The notes beneath the pieces were generated by a model. The model did not search any database. It saw only the letters and a program-made list of their open reading frames with translations, and was not told the DNA's origin. A stretch of 64,000 nt of DNA from the human T2T-CHM13v2.0 reference genome, Homo sapiens: the NCBI RefSeq assembly GCF_009914755.1, contig NC_060925.1; one strand, 5' to 3'. The position numbers were made by a program, and so were the translations under genes. Positions within the stretch are counted from its first letter, which is position 1. The number at the start of each line of letters is the position of its first letter. Positions 1 to 16,182 of this stretch are shown here, in pieces.

Positions 1-634
1 TCTCCCTTCCCTGCCACACCTCTTCCTTCACCTTCCTCCCCCTTCTAGGGCACGTCTCCCCTCTGGCTCTTCCCTGCTCCTACCATTCCTTCTCTCCTCT
101 CTCCCCTCCCAGGTCCTCCTCCTCTCTGCTGCAGAGTGTGAAGTACCCTTCTCCCCGTTCTGGCTCCTCGTCCCTCTGGGCACCCGGTGCCTCTCTGAGG
201 GGACTGGCTGTGGGGTGGGACACTCAGGCCTTAGGGCAATGACACAGTTCCAGAAAGCGGCTGCCAGGATGAGTACTGGGTTATTGAAAGCCCTAGAAAC
301 TCTGTCCCTGGGGTGAGACGCTGCTGTCCGTGGGGGTAGCTGAGCGTGGACACGTGGAAGACTAGTCTTTAGAAAAAGGAAGAGCACTTCAGTCACCCCC
401 ATGGGGCATGGCCACCCCGTCATCCTTGCCTGTCCTCCCAGGGCCCTCTGAGCACACTTGAGATCCAATCCTCGCCACCCCACCCCGCCCCCTGTGGGCC
501 TGAGGGGTCCCCAGGCACCTGTGTTTTCAGGGAGTCCCAGGTGGCCTGGGCCAGACTCCCACGCTGAGTCTCAGATGCCCGCTCTTCTAGGGCCACAAAC
601 ACTGGTGCTGGCTCTTCCCTCTTTCAGCTCAGAC

Positions 635-917
<283 letters not shown>

Positions 918-2348
918 CAGCTCAGACAACGTTTGTGTTCAGGGAGCTTCTGTGTGCAAAGCCCAGGGCTTGGTGCTGAGGCCAACAGAGACGCAGGAGT
1001 CTCTCCCGGGCGGCCCAGCTGGCTGCTGGGTGCTGAGTCCTGGACGCCCCTGCTGAAGGGCACAGGGCAGCTGTTTGATTCAGGATTGGGATAGGGTTGG
1101 AGGTGGTGGCCTGACACTTCCCAAGCCCTGGGGTTTTACTGGAGCCACCCACCTGGCCTCTAGATTGGCCGGAAACTGGCTTCCACTGGAGGCAGGACTG
1201 TAGGGGTAGGGGCGTGGGGCAGGAAGAGGTCAAAGGTGAAGTGATGGCCGACTCCCACTCTGGAGTTCCTGGTGGTCAGACTTTTGGACTCCAGGTCAGG
1301 CAGCAGGCGTGGATGTCAGCTTGGGGCGACCCCAGGGTGATGGGTGTGTGACCCCCCTCCATTCCTTACTTTCCTAATCTGCCATGATGCTGTGGGCTGT
1401 GGCGAAGACCAGCCAGGTTGGTTCCTGTGGGGTGCTTGGGCACTGGGGGCAGGTGCTGGGTGGCCAGTTCCAGCAGGAAGGGGTGGGTAGCTGGGGCGTC
1501 TGTCCCCCAGGCCCAGGTGGCCCAGGGTGACTGGGTGAGGCCTGTGGGGCAGGTGGGCCCTGGGCTGCTGTGTCAGGGCCGCGGCTGTGGACCGATCCTG
1601 TGTTCTGTTTGCACTGGAGTTCTTGTCTGGGATGAGAACTTTGTTTCTTGAAACTTGTCTGATGAATTCAGATAACCTTGATGGGGAGCCAGCAGTGTCA
1701 GCGAAGAGCAGAGCCTGTATCTCTGGTTGGGACATCTCACACCCCTTCAGGCTTCTTTTTATAGGCCCTGTGCTCTTGCCCCGCGCTCTTGTGGGTGTCA
1801 GAAAGCCGTAGATTTTTCTGAAAATTCAGTGTGTTCACAAGGGTGTGATTCCCGCTCTGAGTTTCAGGAAACACCAGCTGGGCCCTGTGGTGGTCCCTCC
1901 CCTCCACGCAGGGTGAGACCAGCTCTTGCTCAGTGCAGGAGGTGAGGGGGGACCTCGGGTCCCTATCAGCAGGGAAGTGCCAGCCTTCAAAGGGTGCCTG
2001 GGAGTCCGTGAGCTTCCCCAGCCCCTGGAGTTCAGGTCCTGTCTGGGGCTGAAAAGATAAAACACACTGACTCTGTGTGACTCGGTTTTAAAAAAAAAAA
2101 AATCTGCCGGGGCTTCTGCCGTGGCTGCAGCAACGGACCCAGTGCCCACTCCGGGGTCTAAAGAGTGGCCTTTCATTATGGAATTATTTAATCCCCGCCA
2201 CTTCACCGCTGGCACCGTCGAGGTCTGGGGGCAGGTCTGACTGGTTTCCTTTACCTTAGTGAAGCCGGCGGCCTGCACCGACCCGGCTCGCGCCCATCCC
2301 GGGGTCACCCACATTTGGGTGAACTTGAACGAGTGCCCGACCAGGTAA

Positions 2349-2759
<411 letters not shown>

Positions 2760-2959
2760 AATGGTGGCCATTTTTTAAACTATGGTTATGGTTAATGGTT
2801 CTATTTTGTGTGTGGGAGGGGGGAGGGGGTGGGGCTGTCATATTGTCTTTGGGGAAAGTTTCATTTATCTAATCAATGATTTGGTTAGTTGGTAATCATT
2901 TTTTAATTTGATTCAAATATGCCCCACGGTAACAGATGCCCATGTCCCCTCTGCCCCAG

Positions 2960-3081
2960 GGACATCTTCATCACCAGCGTGGACGCCGCCACGACCTTCG
3001 AGGAGCTCTGTGAGGAAGTGAGAGACATGTGTCGTCTGCACCAGCAGCACCCGCTCACCCTCAAGTGGGTGGACAGCGAAG
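2960..3081 (+). CDS. PRKCZ: PRKCZ coding exon 2 (122 nt), N-terminal part of the PB1 domain
   Basis: Acceptor ctgccccag|G at 2959/2960 and donor GAAG|gtagcc at 3081/3082. Translates (G)DIFITSVDAATTFEELCEEVRDMCRLHQQHPLTLKWVDSE(G), matching recalled human PKC-zeta; embedded in ORF 2919..3185. Confidence 0.98.
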
Positions 3082-4002
3082 GTAGCCCTTGTCCCATGTT
3101 GGCCAGAATCCTCAGCCTCAGGGGACTTCGCCAGGGCAGCCTCTGTGTGCGGAGTGTGCTCAGCCAATTCTGTGGGGAGACTTAAAGCTGTGGAATTAAA
3201 CTTGTTGGCGCCAACTTTTCCCCAGTGGGGATGGTGGGAAAGAGGTTGGCCACAGATGCTTATCAAGGACCTGGGCCCAGATGCCCCTAGGAAGGGCTCT
3301 GGTCTTGAACTGCCTGCAGGGGGTCTCCCTGCCCCACCCTGGGCAGGTCCTCACCTCTTCCTCTGACCTCCTTTCTCATGTCCTGGCCTTTTTCGGTAGG
3401 TGCTTCTGAAAGGATGGGCTCTTCATATTCTAGGGACCACGGGGAGGGCACAAGCAGCCAGGGCCTGCCGTGTCCACCTCCTGTCTCTTAGACACATCCT
3501 GAAAAACAAGGGGATTGGGAGACGTCCAGAGAGACCCCTTTCTCCCAGGGACTGGCGGGCAGCTCTTGGCCAAGGACACGGCCGTGCGGGTGGAGCCTGA
3601 TAGCGCCCCCGTTGGGTTGGGTACAGCCCTGCAGGGCCTGGGTTCTGTACACCTCCATGTCCCTTTCCAGCCATAGAGGGCAAGGAGCTCTCCCTCCGCC
3701 CAGGACTGACCTCCGGAGAGTGTCCTCAGCCCCGCTCACTGCTTAGCCCTCCAAGTGGTGCCCAGGGCTGCAGGTGTACTGACTTCCCTTCCGGGGTGGC
3801 TCTGACGCTGCACCGGGGGCCAGGTGACTCCCTAGTGTGGACGGCCGTCCTTGGACCTCCCGACCCTGCCAGGAGGTGGCCAGTCTGAGCATCGGGACTT
3901 TGCCCCCCACCAGACCCTTGTCTGGTGTGCTGAGCGGGCTCGTCACAGCCCCCTTTGCCTCGGGCCTTCGGCGACGTCAGCACCGTCTCCTGCCCCACCC
4001 AG

Positions 4003-4092
4003 GTGACCCTTGCACGGTGTCCTCCCAGATGGAGCTGGAAGAGGCTTTCCGCCTGGCCCGTCAGTGCAGGGATGAAGGCCTCATCATTCATG
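4003..4092 (+). CDS. PRKCZ: PRKCZ coding exon 3 (90 nt), PB1 domain
   Basis: Acceptor ccccacccag|GT and donor CATG|gttagt. Translates (G)[29 protein letters not shown](V); phase 1-1, in frame with exon 2. Confidence 0.98.
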
Positions 4093-4218
4093 GTTAGTGG
4101 CGGGGTCTGTGGTGGGCAGCTCTGGGGGGCTGTTCCTGGCTGTGGGTGTCTGCCGACTAGCTGGGGGATTTAAAATGGTTTAAAATCCTATGATGCCAGA
4201 GAATTTAGGGATGTCTAA

Positions 4219-4545
<327 letters not shown>

Positions 4546-5102
4546 CTTTTCTTTGACATTTTATTAACCCAAATGAAAACTGCTCTTAACAAAGAACCCG
4601 TAAACCACTCAGAGGCTCCAGTGGCCAGCGTAGGGCCCGCGGCGCATGTGGACAGAGGGGACAGCCCCACCAGCCACCTCACCTGCCCGGTGCTCCCTAG
4701 GCCCGGCTCCAGGCTCACAGCTGTCCTCAGCTTTAAGTTCAAAGCCCCATGATGAGCTGACGCATGGGAGATGTGATTGTGATCATTTCCACTTTGTCTT
4801 TAGGTGGGCGTGGGCTCCTCCCCGGTACTGCTGGGGGTCTGCAGGGCGTCTGGGGCCTGGGAATGTGGTTCCAGCGCTGTGGCCAGCCGGTCACGTCTTT
4901 GTCTCTGTGTCCACTTCTGGCGTAGCTTGGGCTCCTTGCCAGGCGTCTGGCCATGGACGATTGAGTCCAAGATGGGACCAAAGCTCGAAACCACCCATGG
5001 ATTTCTGACAGATCCATCATTCTCCTGGACACCGGGCTACCTGGTTACAACACTTAATTTTCTTCGCCCTTTATATCAATGAGGCTCTAAATTTAAAGAC
5101 TA

Positions 5103-6008
<906 letters not shown>

Positions 6009-6132
6009 TCATAGATGTGCCTAATCTAGTCCTTTTTATTGTGGTTGTGATAGTAAGCACATTTTGCCTCTCTATGTGGAAAGATACAGTGGCTTAAAAA
6101 TTCACATTGTTTTCTAGATAAAAGAAAAATAG

Positions 6133-6613
<481 letters not shown>

Positions 6614-7059
6614 AAGTTTTAATACTTTCTAAGCACCTATTTTAATAATTTATTGTGGAAGCCCAGGATATATGTTAAAATAATTTTGAACTCTGTCTTG
6701 AGTATGAAGAAGTGGAATCTAAAGTGCTTTTAAAAGTCAGTGTTCAAAGTAATTGCATTTCTTTCCCATTTTTATATAGTTTAAAAATACAAATCAGTAG
6801 CTTCCTCTGATGGCTTTGCTGTCCAGGTCCCTCTGATTGCCTTTTACTCTAAGTTTTTCCGTGGGTTTTAAAGTCGGAGCCTGGCCTACGTAGACGCACG
6901 GGGTTTTGCGTCTCCCAGGAGCGGGCTCTCATTGGCAGTGCCACGTGCGCCTTGCGTGAAGTCCACGTGCTCAGCCTGACTGAGGCGGGACTTCCTCCGT
7001 GAGACTGTTGAGTGGCAGCCGCAGGGTCTTGACGCTGTCTCTTTCTCTCTCTTGTCCAG

Positions 7060-7110
7060 TTTTCCCGAGCACCCCTGAGCAGCCTGGCCTGCCATGTCCG
7101 GGAGAAGACA
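7060..7110 (+). CDS. PRKCZ: PRKCZ coding exon 4 (51 nt), end of PB1 domain and linker before the pseudosubstrate
   Basis: Polypyrimidine tract ctctttctctctcttgtccag|TT and donor GACA|gtgagt. Translates (V)FPSTPEQPGLPCPGED(K); phase 1-1. Too short for the ORF track. Confidence 0.97.
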
Positions 7111-7944
7111 GTGAGTACTGGGGTTTCCTACGCCGGTCTCGCATGTTACGGGGTTGAACTGTTGATCCGTTGTGCCACGGAGGTGGCAGTGGTGCCGTTT
7201 TCGGAGGTTCACCCTCGTGGAGCGTCAGGGCAGGAGCAGCCGTGGTGACCGCAGGTGGGGTTTTCACTGCAGCTGCTGCCTGTGCGTGTTCTGGCTGACA
7301 GCACCACATGGCGGGGGACTCGCTTGGCTGGTTGGTAGCATGAGAAGTCCAGGGGTGCCCTGCCGTCTCCCTAGGAGGGAGGGGCCAGGTGGGAGGCTGG
7401 ACACTGCTCCTTTGTGGCTGCCTCAGCTCACGACCACCCCTAGGCCAGTCGTCTGCTCCTCCTGGTCCCTGCTGGCCCCTGAGCTGGTGTGGGGGCTCCG
7501 TTCATCCCACACTGGCTCCATTGTTGGGAGAGGAAGGAGAGTGAGTCCCGGGGGCTGTGGCTTCAGAGGGAAGCTTCTGACCTCACTTCCTACTGCATCC
7601 CGGAGACTGTTGGGCCCTGAGCAGGTGGCTACGCTGCTCTCGGGCCGCGCATCCCATGGCTGTGCTTGGTGGGGTTCCACCCCCACTCTCCAGACCCCAC
7701 ACGGCCTCCAGCATCCGTGCCATGCCTTGTTCGTTGTGTGGGCAGGAGCTCCTGGACCGAGGCCGCTGCCTGTCCAGCGCAGGGCACGTGGCTCAGTGCC
7801 CTTCAGGCAGGGCTTCCCCCACCCCTGCTGCCAGGGCACACACCTCGCTGGCCTCAGGCTGGATGCTGGGTGTTGGCAGTGCCCTGTGTTGGGCGGGAAC
7901 TGGGGGTGGGAGCAGATTCAGGCCAAGAGGGTGAGTGGGCAGTT

Positions 7945-8076
7945 GGGGCGAGAGTCTTGGCTTCCAGTGAGAAGTGGGGCTGAATAGAGGTTTGGCAGTG
8001 CTTAGCATAGGGGGCGAGAGTCTCGGCTTCCAGCGAGAAGTGGGGCTGAATAGAGGTTTGGCAGCGCTTAGCGTAG
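7945..8076. repeat. Tandem duplication, 66 bp x 2
   Basis: ggggcgagagtctYggcttccagYgagaagtggggctgaatagaggtttggcagYgcttagcRtag at 7945 and 8011. Confidence 0.92.
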
Positions 8077-10001
8077 GGGAGGCCCCAGGAGCCATGGGAT
8101 TTCCATGATCTGCCCGGGGAGAGGGCGGCGTGGCATCCCGGTTCCAGGCCCTCAGCCAACCGGGGTCCCTGCACCGTGGCCGGCAAGGCCGAGGAGCCAT
8201 CCGGAGGTGGGCCCTGGCAGGAATGGAGCGGGTGGTCTGGGGCTGGACCTGCCGGCAGGAGGAGATGGGGTATGTCCGTGGCAGGCGGACACCACCAGGT
8301 GGTTTTGGCAGCGCAGGGCGAGTGTGAGGAGGCAGGGGGCGGGGAGGCTTTGGAGGCAGGTGGCCAGACGGTGGGCGTCAGGGCCCTGATCACCTACGCA
8401 GCTGCCCTGGTGGTGACCTTTCCCGGGACCCTCCCTCTGGGTGCCCACGCCTCACGGACCCTGGAGCACGCACCCTGGGAGGGCACGGTTCACTGCGTTT
8501 TTATAGATACATAAACACATAAATAGGACAGATACTCCCTGTGGGTGAGACGATGGTTGTCCCCTCCACAGCGCCCTGCAGCCTCATGCTGCTGCTTTAT
8601 AGGAGGGGACCCACGGGCCGTGTTTATTTGCCACCTGGGTGATTTTTTGACTTGGTGACAGGACTGTGCTCCTCTGTCCCATGTGTGCTGAGACTGTGCA
8701 CTCCCAGAGGTATCCACATGCGGCCAGTGTAGCCCCTGGGCGCGGGGGAAGCCCACCGTATTTCTCCGACATGTCTGCCTCTTGTCTCAACCCTGCCTGG
8801 GGGCCTGGGGTCTGCTCTTTCTGTCTACGACCTCGGCATTGCCTCTCTGCCCGTGTGGACAACCTGCCGGCCTTGCGTAGGGAAGGGAGGCCCGCATTTG
8901 CTCGGCCACTGCAGTGGAGGAAGGGGAGGTTGGGGGGTCACAGGATGTCCAGAGGCCTGAGCTCTGAAGGGGAGTGTGTCATGGGGGTGGCAGCCGAGTC
9001 ACCGTGGGGAATGCGGAGAATGTGGCCAAGCCCCGAGGAAGGACCTCCTGGGACACGTGAGTAGGTCCTTGAGATGTTTACCAGGGGTGGCTCCACGGCT
9101 TCGGGGACCACTCAGCCTGGTTGGGGACATTCCGCCAGAGCCTCTGGGGCAGCCTTTGCCGAGGAGGTCAGAGGCGGGTGCTGGGGGTGGGGAGCCCTGC
9201 CCTGCCCTGTGTGCTGATGTCCACCCGGACGTGGGTTGGGTTTCATGGCGCTAGTGTCAGGAGTGTGTGAGAACACACTGCCCACTCGGGGTCCCAGGCC
9301 ACCAGGGCTTAGGGGGCTGGCGCTCTCCCTGATGTCCTGTGCTTTCTTTCACTCTGACTGTGGTGCTCATCTCAGACAGGACACCCTGCTCTGGTTGCCA
9401 GTGGCCGCCGCCTGGGGCTCTGTGGTTTTAGCGCCTGTGGGGGTGTTCACAGGTGTTTTTGACCTCAGGCAGCACTGCCCAGGCTGAGGGTCAGTGAGAA
9501 GGGTCGGACTGGGAGGTGTGTACAGTGGATGGAGCACGCCAGAGGCAGACGAGGGCAGGACTGCGGCTGTACCGTGGGCCTGGTTCAGACGGCTGGACGT
9601 GCCTGTCTCACCGTCAGCAGAGGACCTTCTGGCACATTCTATGTGTGTCTATATGAGTGAATTGGTTTTATAGATTTTTAAAAAAATTCTAAAGTATACT
9701 TACAACTATCATCTCTATGTAGTTACAAACCCAAAATATATTCAAAAAGGGAACCCCGTGCCCGTCATCGGTCACTCCCTGTTCTGCCCCAGCCCCACCT
9801 CCGCTCAGCCTCTGTCTCTGTGGCCCTGCGGATTCTGGACGTTTGGTGTCCGTGGAATCCTGCATGTTTGTCCTTTTGCCTCTAGTGGCTTTCACCCGCC
9901 TGACCTTTCCAAGGTTCATCCATGATGGGGCATTCTTGGCGCTGCAGATCTTTTTTCTATTCTGGTAAAATGCACATAACATCTATTTTTGCCATCTTAA
10001 C

Positions 10002-10319
<318 letters not shown>

Positions 10320-10844
10320 TAAAATTTAAAGGTTCAATTCACTGGTATTCGATATTCGCATTGCTGTCCAGTCATCATCACCGCCCATCTCCAGAACTCT
10401 CTTCATCTTCCCAGACTCAGCCTCTGTCTCCATGAAACACTCACTCCCCATTCTGCCTCCCCCAGCCCCCATCACCCACCCGCCGCTTTCTGTTTCTGTG
10501 ACTTTGGTGACTCTAGGGGCCTCCTGTGAGTGGAATCGCACAGGATCTGTCCTTTTGTGACAGCTTATTTCACTCAGCACCATGTCCTCAAGGCGCAGCC
10601 ATGCGTAGCCTGTGTCACAGTCTCCTTCCTTCTCAAGACTGAACCGCAGGCTGCTGTATGGATGTATTTTGTTTACCCATTTCTGTCAGTGGACACACGG
10701 GTGACTTCCACAGTTTAGCTGTCGTGAATGATGCTGCTGTGAGCACGGGTGCACAGTGACCTCTGGAGACCCTGCCTTCAGTTCTGGGTGTAGACCCGGA
10801 AGTGAGATTGCTGGATCATTGATCATTCTATTTTTATTCATTTA

Positions 10845-11276
<432 letters not shown>

Positions 11277-11362
11277 TGAGGTGGCATATCATTGTGGTTT
11301 TGGTTCTCATTTCCCTGGTGATAAGTGATGTTGAGCATTTTTTCATGTGCCTGTTGGCCATT

Positions 11363-11663
<301 letters not shown>

Positions 11664-12916
11664 CTTTGTTGGCCATTTCTGTGTCTTCTTTGGTGAAATG
11701 TCTTTTCGCGTCCTGTGTCCATTTTTGAATGGGTTGTTTGGTTTTTTTGTTGGTGAGTGTTACTAGTTCTCTGTCCTGGATGTTAATCCCGTAGCAGATA
11801 TATGATTAGCAAATATCTTCTCCTGCTTTGTGGGTTGTTTTTTTACTTTGTTGATAGTGCCTTTTGATGGACAAAGTTTTAAAATTTTCCTGAAATCCTG
11901 CTTAATGTTTTTTTCTTTTGTTGCCTGTGTATTTGGTGTCACATCCAAGAAATCACTGCCAAATCGAATGTTGTGAAGCTTTTCCCCTTCTCTTTCATCT
12001 AAGGATTTTATAATTTTAGGTTTTATGTTTAGGTCATGGATTATCCTGAGTTAATTTTTGTATGTGGTGTAAGGTAAGCATCTAACTTCATTCCTTTGCA
12101 TGTGGAGGTCCAGTTTTCTTAGCACCATTGGTGAAAAGACTCCCCATTGGACTGCATTGGCACCCTTGTTGAAAATCGTTTCACCATATATGGGAGGGTT
12201 CATTTGTGGAGTCTCTTCTAGTCCATTGGTCTCTGTGTCTCTCTTTGAGCCAGTGCCACACTGTTTTGATCACTGTAGCTTTGTAGGAAGTTTTGAAATC
12301 AGGAAGTGTGAGCCCTCCAGCTTTGTTCTTCCTTTTCAAGATTGTTTTGGGGTCCCCTGAGATTCCAGATGAATTTTAGGACAGGCTTTTCTATTTCTGC
12401 AAAAAACATTATTGTGATTTTTGCAGGGATTGCATTGGCTCTGTAGATCACTTTGGGTAGTGCTGACATCTTAACAGTATGAAGACTTCCAATCCATGAA
12501 CTGAAGTGTGTTTCTGTTTGTTTATGTTTTCTTTGATTTCTTTCAGCAGTGTTTTACAGTTTTCCTTGTACAAGTCTTTCACCCCCTTGGTTAATTCCTA
12601 AACGTTTTATTCTTTTTGATGCTGTTGCAAGTGGAATTGTTTCCTTGATTTCCCTTTTGCGTTGTTTATTGTAAGTGTATAAAAGTGCAGTTGATTTTTG
12701 TGTGTTGACTTTTTTGCCTGCTGTTTTGCTGAATTTATCAGTTCTAACAACTTTCTGTGGAAACTTTAGGGCTTTCTTACATGTAAGATCATATCATCTG
12801 TATACAGAGATAATTTTACTTTTTCCTTCCTAATTTGGATGCCTTGTATTTCTTTTTCTTGCCTAATTGTTCTGGCTAGAATTCCACTACTCTGTTGAAT
12901 AAAAGTGGTGTGATCG

Positions 12917-13280
<364 letters not shown>

Positions 13281-13909
13281 TCATCACTGAGTGTGATGTC
13301 TGCTGTGGGTTTTTCATACATGGTTTTTATTATGTCGAGATAGTTTCCTTCTATTCCAAGTTTGTCAATTGTTTTTATCAGGAAAGGGCTTTGAATTTTG
13401 TCACATGCTTCTTCTGCATCAGTTGAGACGATCATGTGTTTTTTTTACCTTCATTTTGTTAATGTGGTATATTACTTTAATTTTCATTCATTGAACCATC
13501 CTTGCATCCCATGAAAAAATCCTTCTTGCTCTTGGTGTGTAATTTTCTTGATATGCTGCCGAATTCATTTTACTAGTATTTTCTTGAGGATTTTTACATC
13601 CGTGTTTATAAAGGACAATTACATCTGTGTTAATAAAGGATAATTATGTCCATGTTCTTAAGACTCAATGGTCAGAGGCTTTCTTGTCGTGACTTTGTTG
13701 GGCTTTGGTGTCAGAGTAGTGCTGGCCTCACAGGATGAGTGAGGAAGTGTTCCTTCCTCTTTAATTTTTTTGGAAAAGTTTGAGAAAAACTGGTGTTAGT
13801 TCTTCAAGTGTTTGGTAGAATTTGCCTGTGAAGACATCAGTCCCTGGGCTTTGCTTTGTTGGGAGGTTCTCTTTCTTTCTCTCTCTCTCTGTCTGTCTCT
13901 CTGATGGAG

Positions 13910-14160
13910 AGAGTGCAGTGGCTCGATCTCAGCTCATGTCAACCTCTGCCTCCTGGGTTCAAGTGATTCTCCTGCCTCAGCCTCCTGAGTAGCTGGCATT
14001 ACAGGCACATGCCATCACACCCAGCTGATTTTTGTAATTTTAGTAGAGATGTGGTTTCACATGTTGGCCAGGCTGGTCCCGAACTCCTGACCTCAGATGA
14101 TCCACCCACCTTGGCTTCCCAACGTGTAGGGATTTCGGGCATGAGCTGCTGCGCCCGGCC
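13910..14160 (-). mobile_element. AluS-like, truncated, next to a (CT)n tract
   Basis: Antisense Alu body. Confidence 0.88.
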
Positions 14161-15819
14161 CTGCTCTCATCTTTATTATTCCCATCCTTCTGCCAGCTTT
14201 TGGTTTGTTCTTTTTCTGGTTCCTTGAAGTGTAAAATTCGGTTGTTAATTTGAGATCTTTCTTGTTTTTTTATTTCAAATATTTATCACCATAGCCAGGC
14301 GCCATGGCTCATGCTTGTAATCTCAGTGTTTTGGGAGGCTGAAGAGGGAGGATCACTTGAGGCCAGGAGTTGGAGACCAGCCTTGGGCCACATGACAAAA
14401 CTGTGTTTCACACACACAAAAAGTTCATCACTATAAATTTTCTCCTTAGCATTGCTTTCCCTGCATCCCTGAAATGTTGATATGTTGTGTTTCTGTTTTC
14501 ATTCATCTCTCAGCATTTTTCTGATTTTCTTTGTGGTTTCATCTTCTATCCATTGGTTGAGTGTGTAGTGTTATTTCCATATATTTGCGAATTCTTCTGT
14601 TTTCTTTCTGTTAACTGATTTCTAAGTTCATCTTGATGTGGTTGGAGAATATACTTTGGATAATGTCTGTTTTTTGAAATCTACCGCGGCTGAGTCTGTG
14701 GCTCACTTGTGTTCTGTTCTGGAAAACGTCCCGTGTGCGTTGAGGGTGTGCAGCCGCTGTGGGTACAGCGCTCTGCTGTGTCTGTCAGAGCTATGCGGGT
14801 TACTGTGTTGTTCAAGTTCTCTGTTTCTTTACGTGTTCTCCCTAGTTGCTTTTTCATTCCTTTTTATGGCTGGATGAATTCTGTGATGCGATTCACCCTG
14901 TCTGTCCGTTCCTCTGCTGATGGACACTGGTGGGGGCTGGGTCGTTCGGGGCTGAGCGTGTGATGAGATCAGGAGCGCCTGGTTTTTTGGGGGAGGTGAG
15001 GGCTGGTCACGCCCCGGTCGAGTGGGGATCCCCTGTGTGCATCTGTGGCGGCCTCAGTGGTGTTGGGGTGGAGTAATCGGGCGGTGGAGCTGGGGTCTGT
15101 GGGCTCCACCTGCTGCCACGTGTGCCGGGCTGCCCAGGGCCCATGAGGGTGGTGGCACGGGGGTCCGCATGAGGGGCCGCAGGTGCCTCGGGCCCCTCTC
15201 CCGCTTGTTTCTCCATCTTCACTGTCCGTTCACTGCAGTGCCGGGTGAGGCCAGTGTGTGGCCGGTAGATTCCCGGGTACCTCTTCTTTGCCCCTCCTTG
15301 CTGTATCTGGTCACACAGAAATGGTATGTGTGATTTTTGTTTCAATACTCAAATCTGTTAATATTTTTCCTTCTGGCTTCCCCTAGTGATACAAATATAT
15401 TTTCTTCCATTTTGGTCTTTGAGCTGCTTTGCCTGTCTGTGTCTGGGGTGGCATCCGCTGGCACCTGGGCTGACCTGGGACGGGGCCCTTCTCTTGGACT
15501 TGAGCAGATGAGACTCACAGCCCGAAATGCAGCAGATCCCTCAGGCCACGGGACTCTGGACGTGTGGCGGCCCTGTCGGCCTGAGCCACATCTGCTGTGA
15601 GAGGCAGCAGTACGTTCCTTGGGGCAGCAGCGAGAGCAAGGCTGGATCCAAAGACCTCCGAGCAGCTCCTCCGGGGCAGACCCCAGCTGCAAGCCACAGC
15701 CCGGCCCTGGTAACGGGAGAGCATCGCTAGGGAGGGGTGGGGCGGCCCGGCTTCGATGCGGCCATGTGGGAGGGCCACTCTCAGAGACCCCCCGCCTTCC
15801 TTGCCACCCCCACCCCAGA

Positions 15820-16182
15820 GGGGAAGCTGGAGCTGGGAGGCTGCAGACCCAGGCCAAGGTGTGGCCAGGGCTGGCTTTCTTGGGAGGCTTTGAGCATCCT
15901 GCTTCCTGGCCACCCAGCTCTGGGGCTGCTGTCAACTCTTGATTTGTAGACATCACTCCAGCCTCTGGCCTGTCACCCTGAACCTCCCCCATGTCTGTGT
16001 CTTTTCTCACTGGAACACCGGTGGTCGGCTTTGGGGCCCACCAGGGCAGTCCAGGACATTCACCTTGAGACCTGGCCTTAATCACACGTGCAGGAACCCT
16101 TTTCCAAAGGAGGGTCACGCTCACAGCTTCTGGAGTAGGACATGGACTTGTCTTTTTGGAGGCCCATCCTCAACGCACCACA
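15820..16182. mobile_element. MaLR LTR (MLT1-like) remnant
   Basis: ggccttaatcacacgtgcaggaacccttttccaaaggagggtcacgctcacagcttctggagtaggacatggac resembles MLT1 consensus as recalled. Confidence 0.6.

Noticed and set aside
2919-3185. ORFs 2919..3185 and 3837..4097 as standalone genes
   Set aside because: Only the internal spliced portions (exons 2 and 3) are coding; the flanks are intronic.
7172-7987. 271 aa ORF just after exon 4
   Set aside because: Starts at GTG, has low-complexity composition and is unrelated to PKC sequence.
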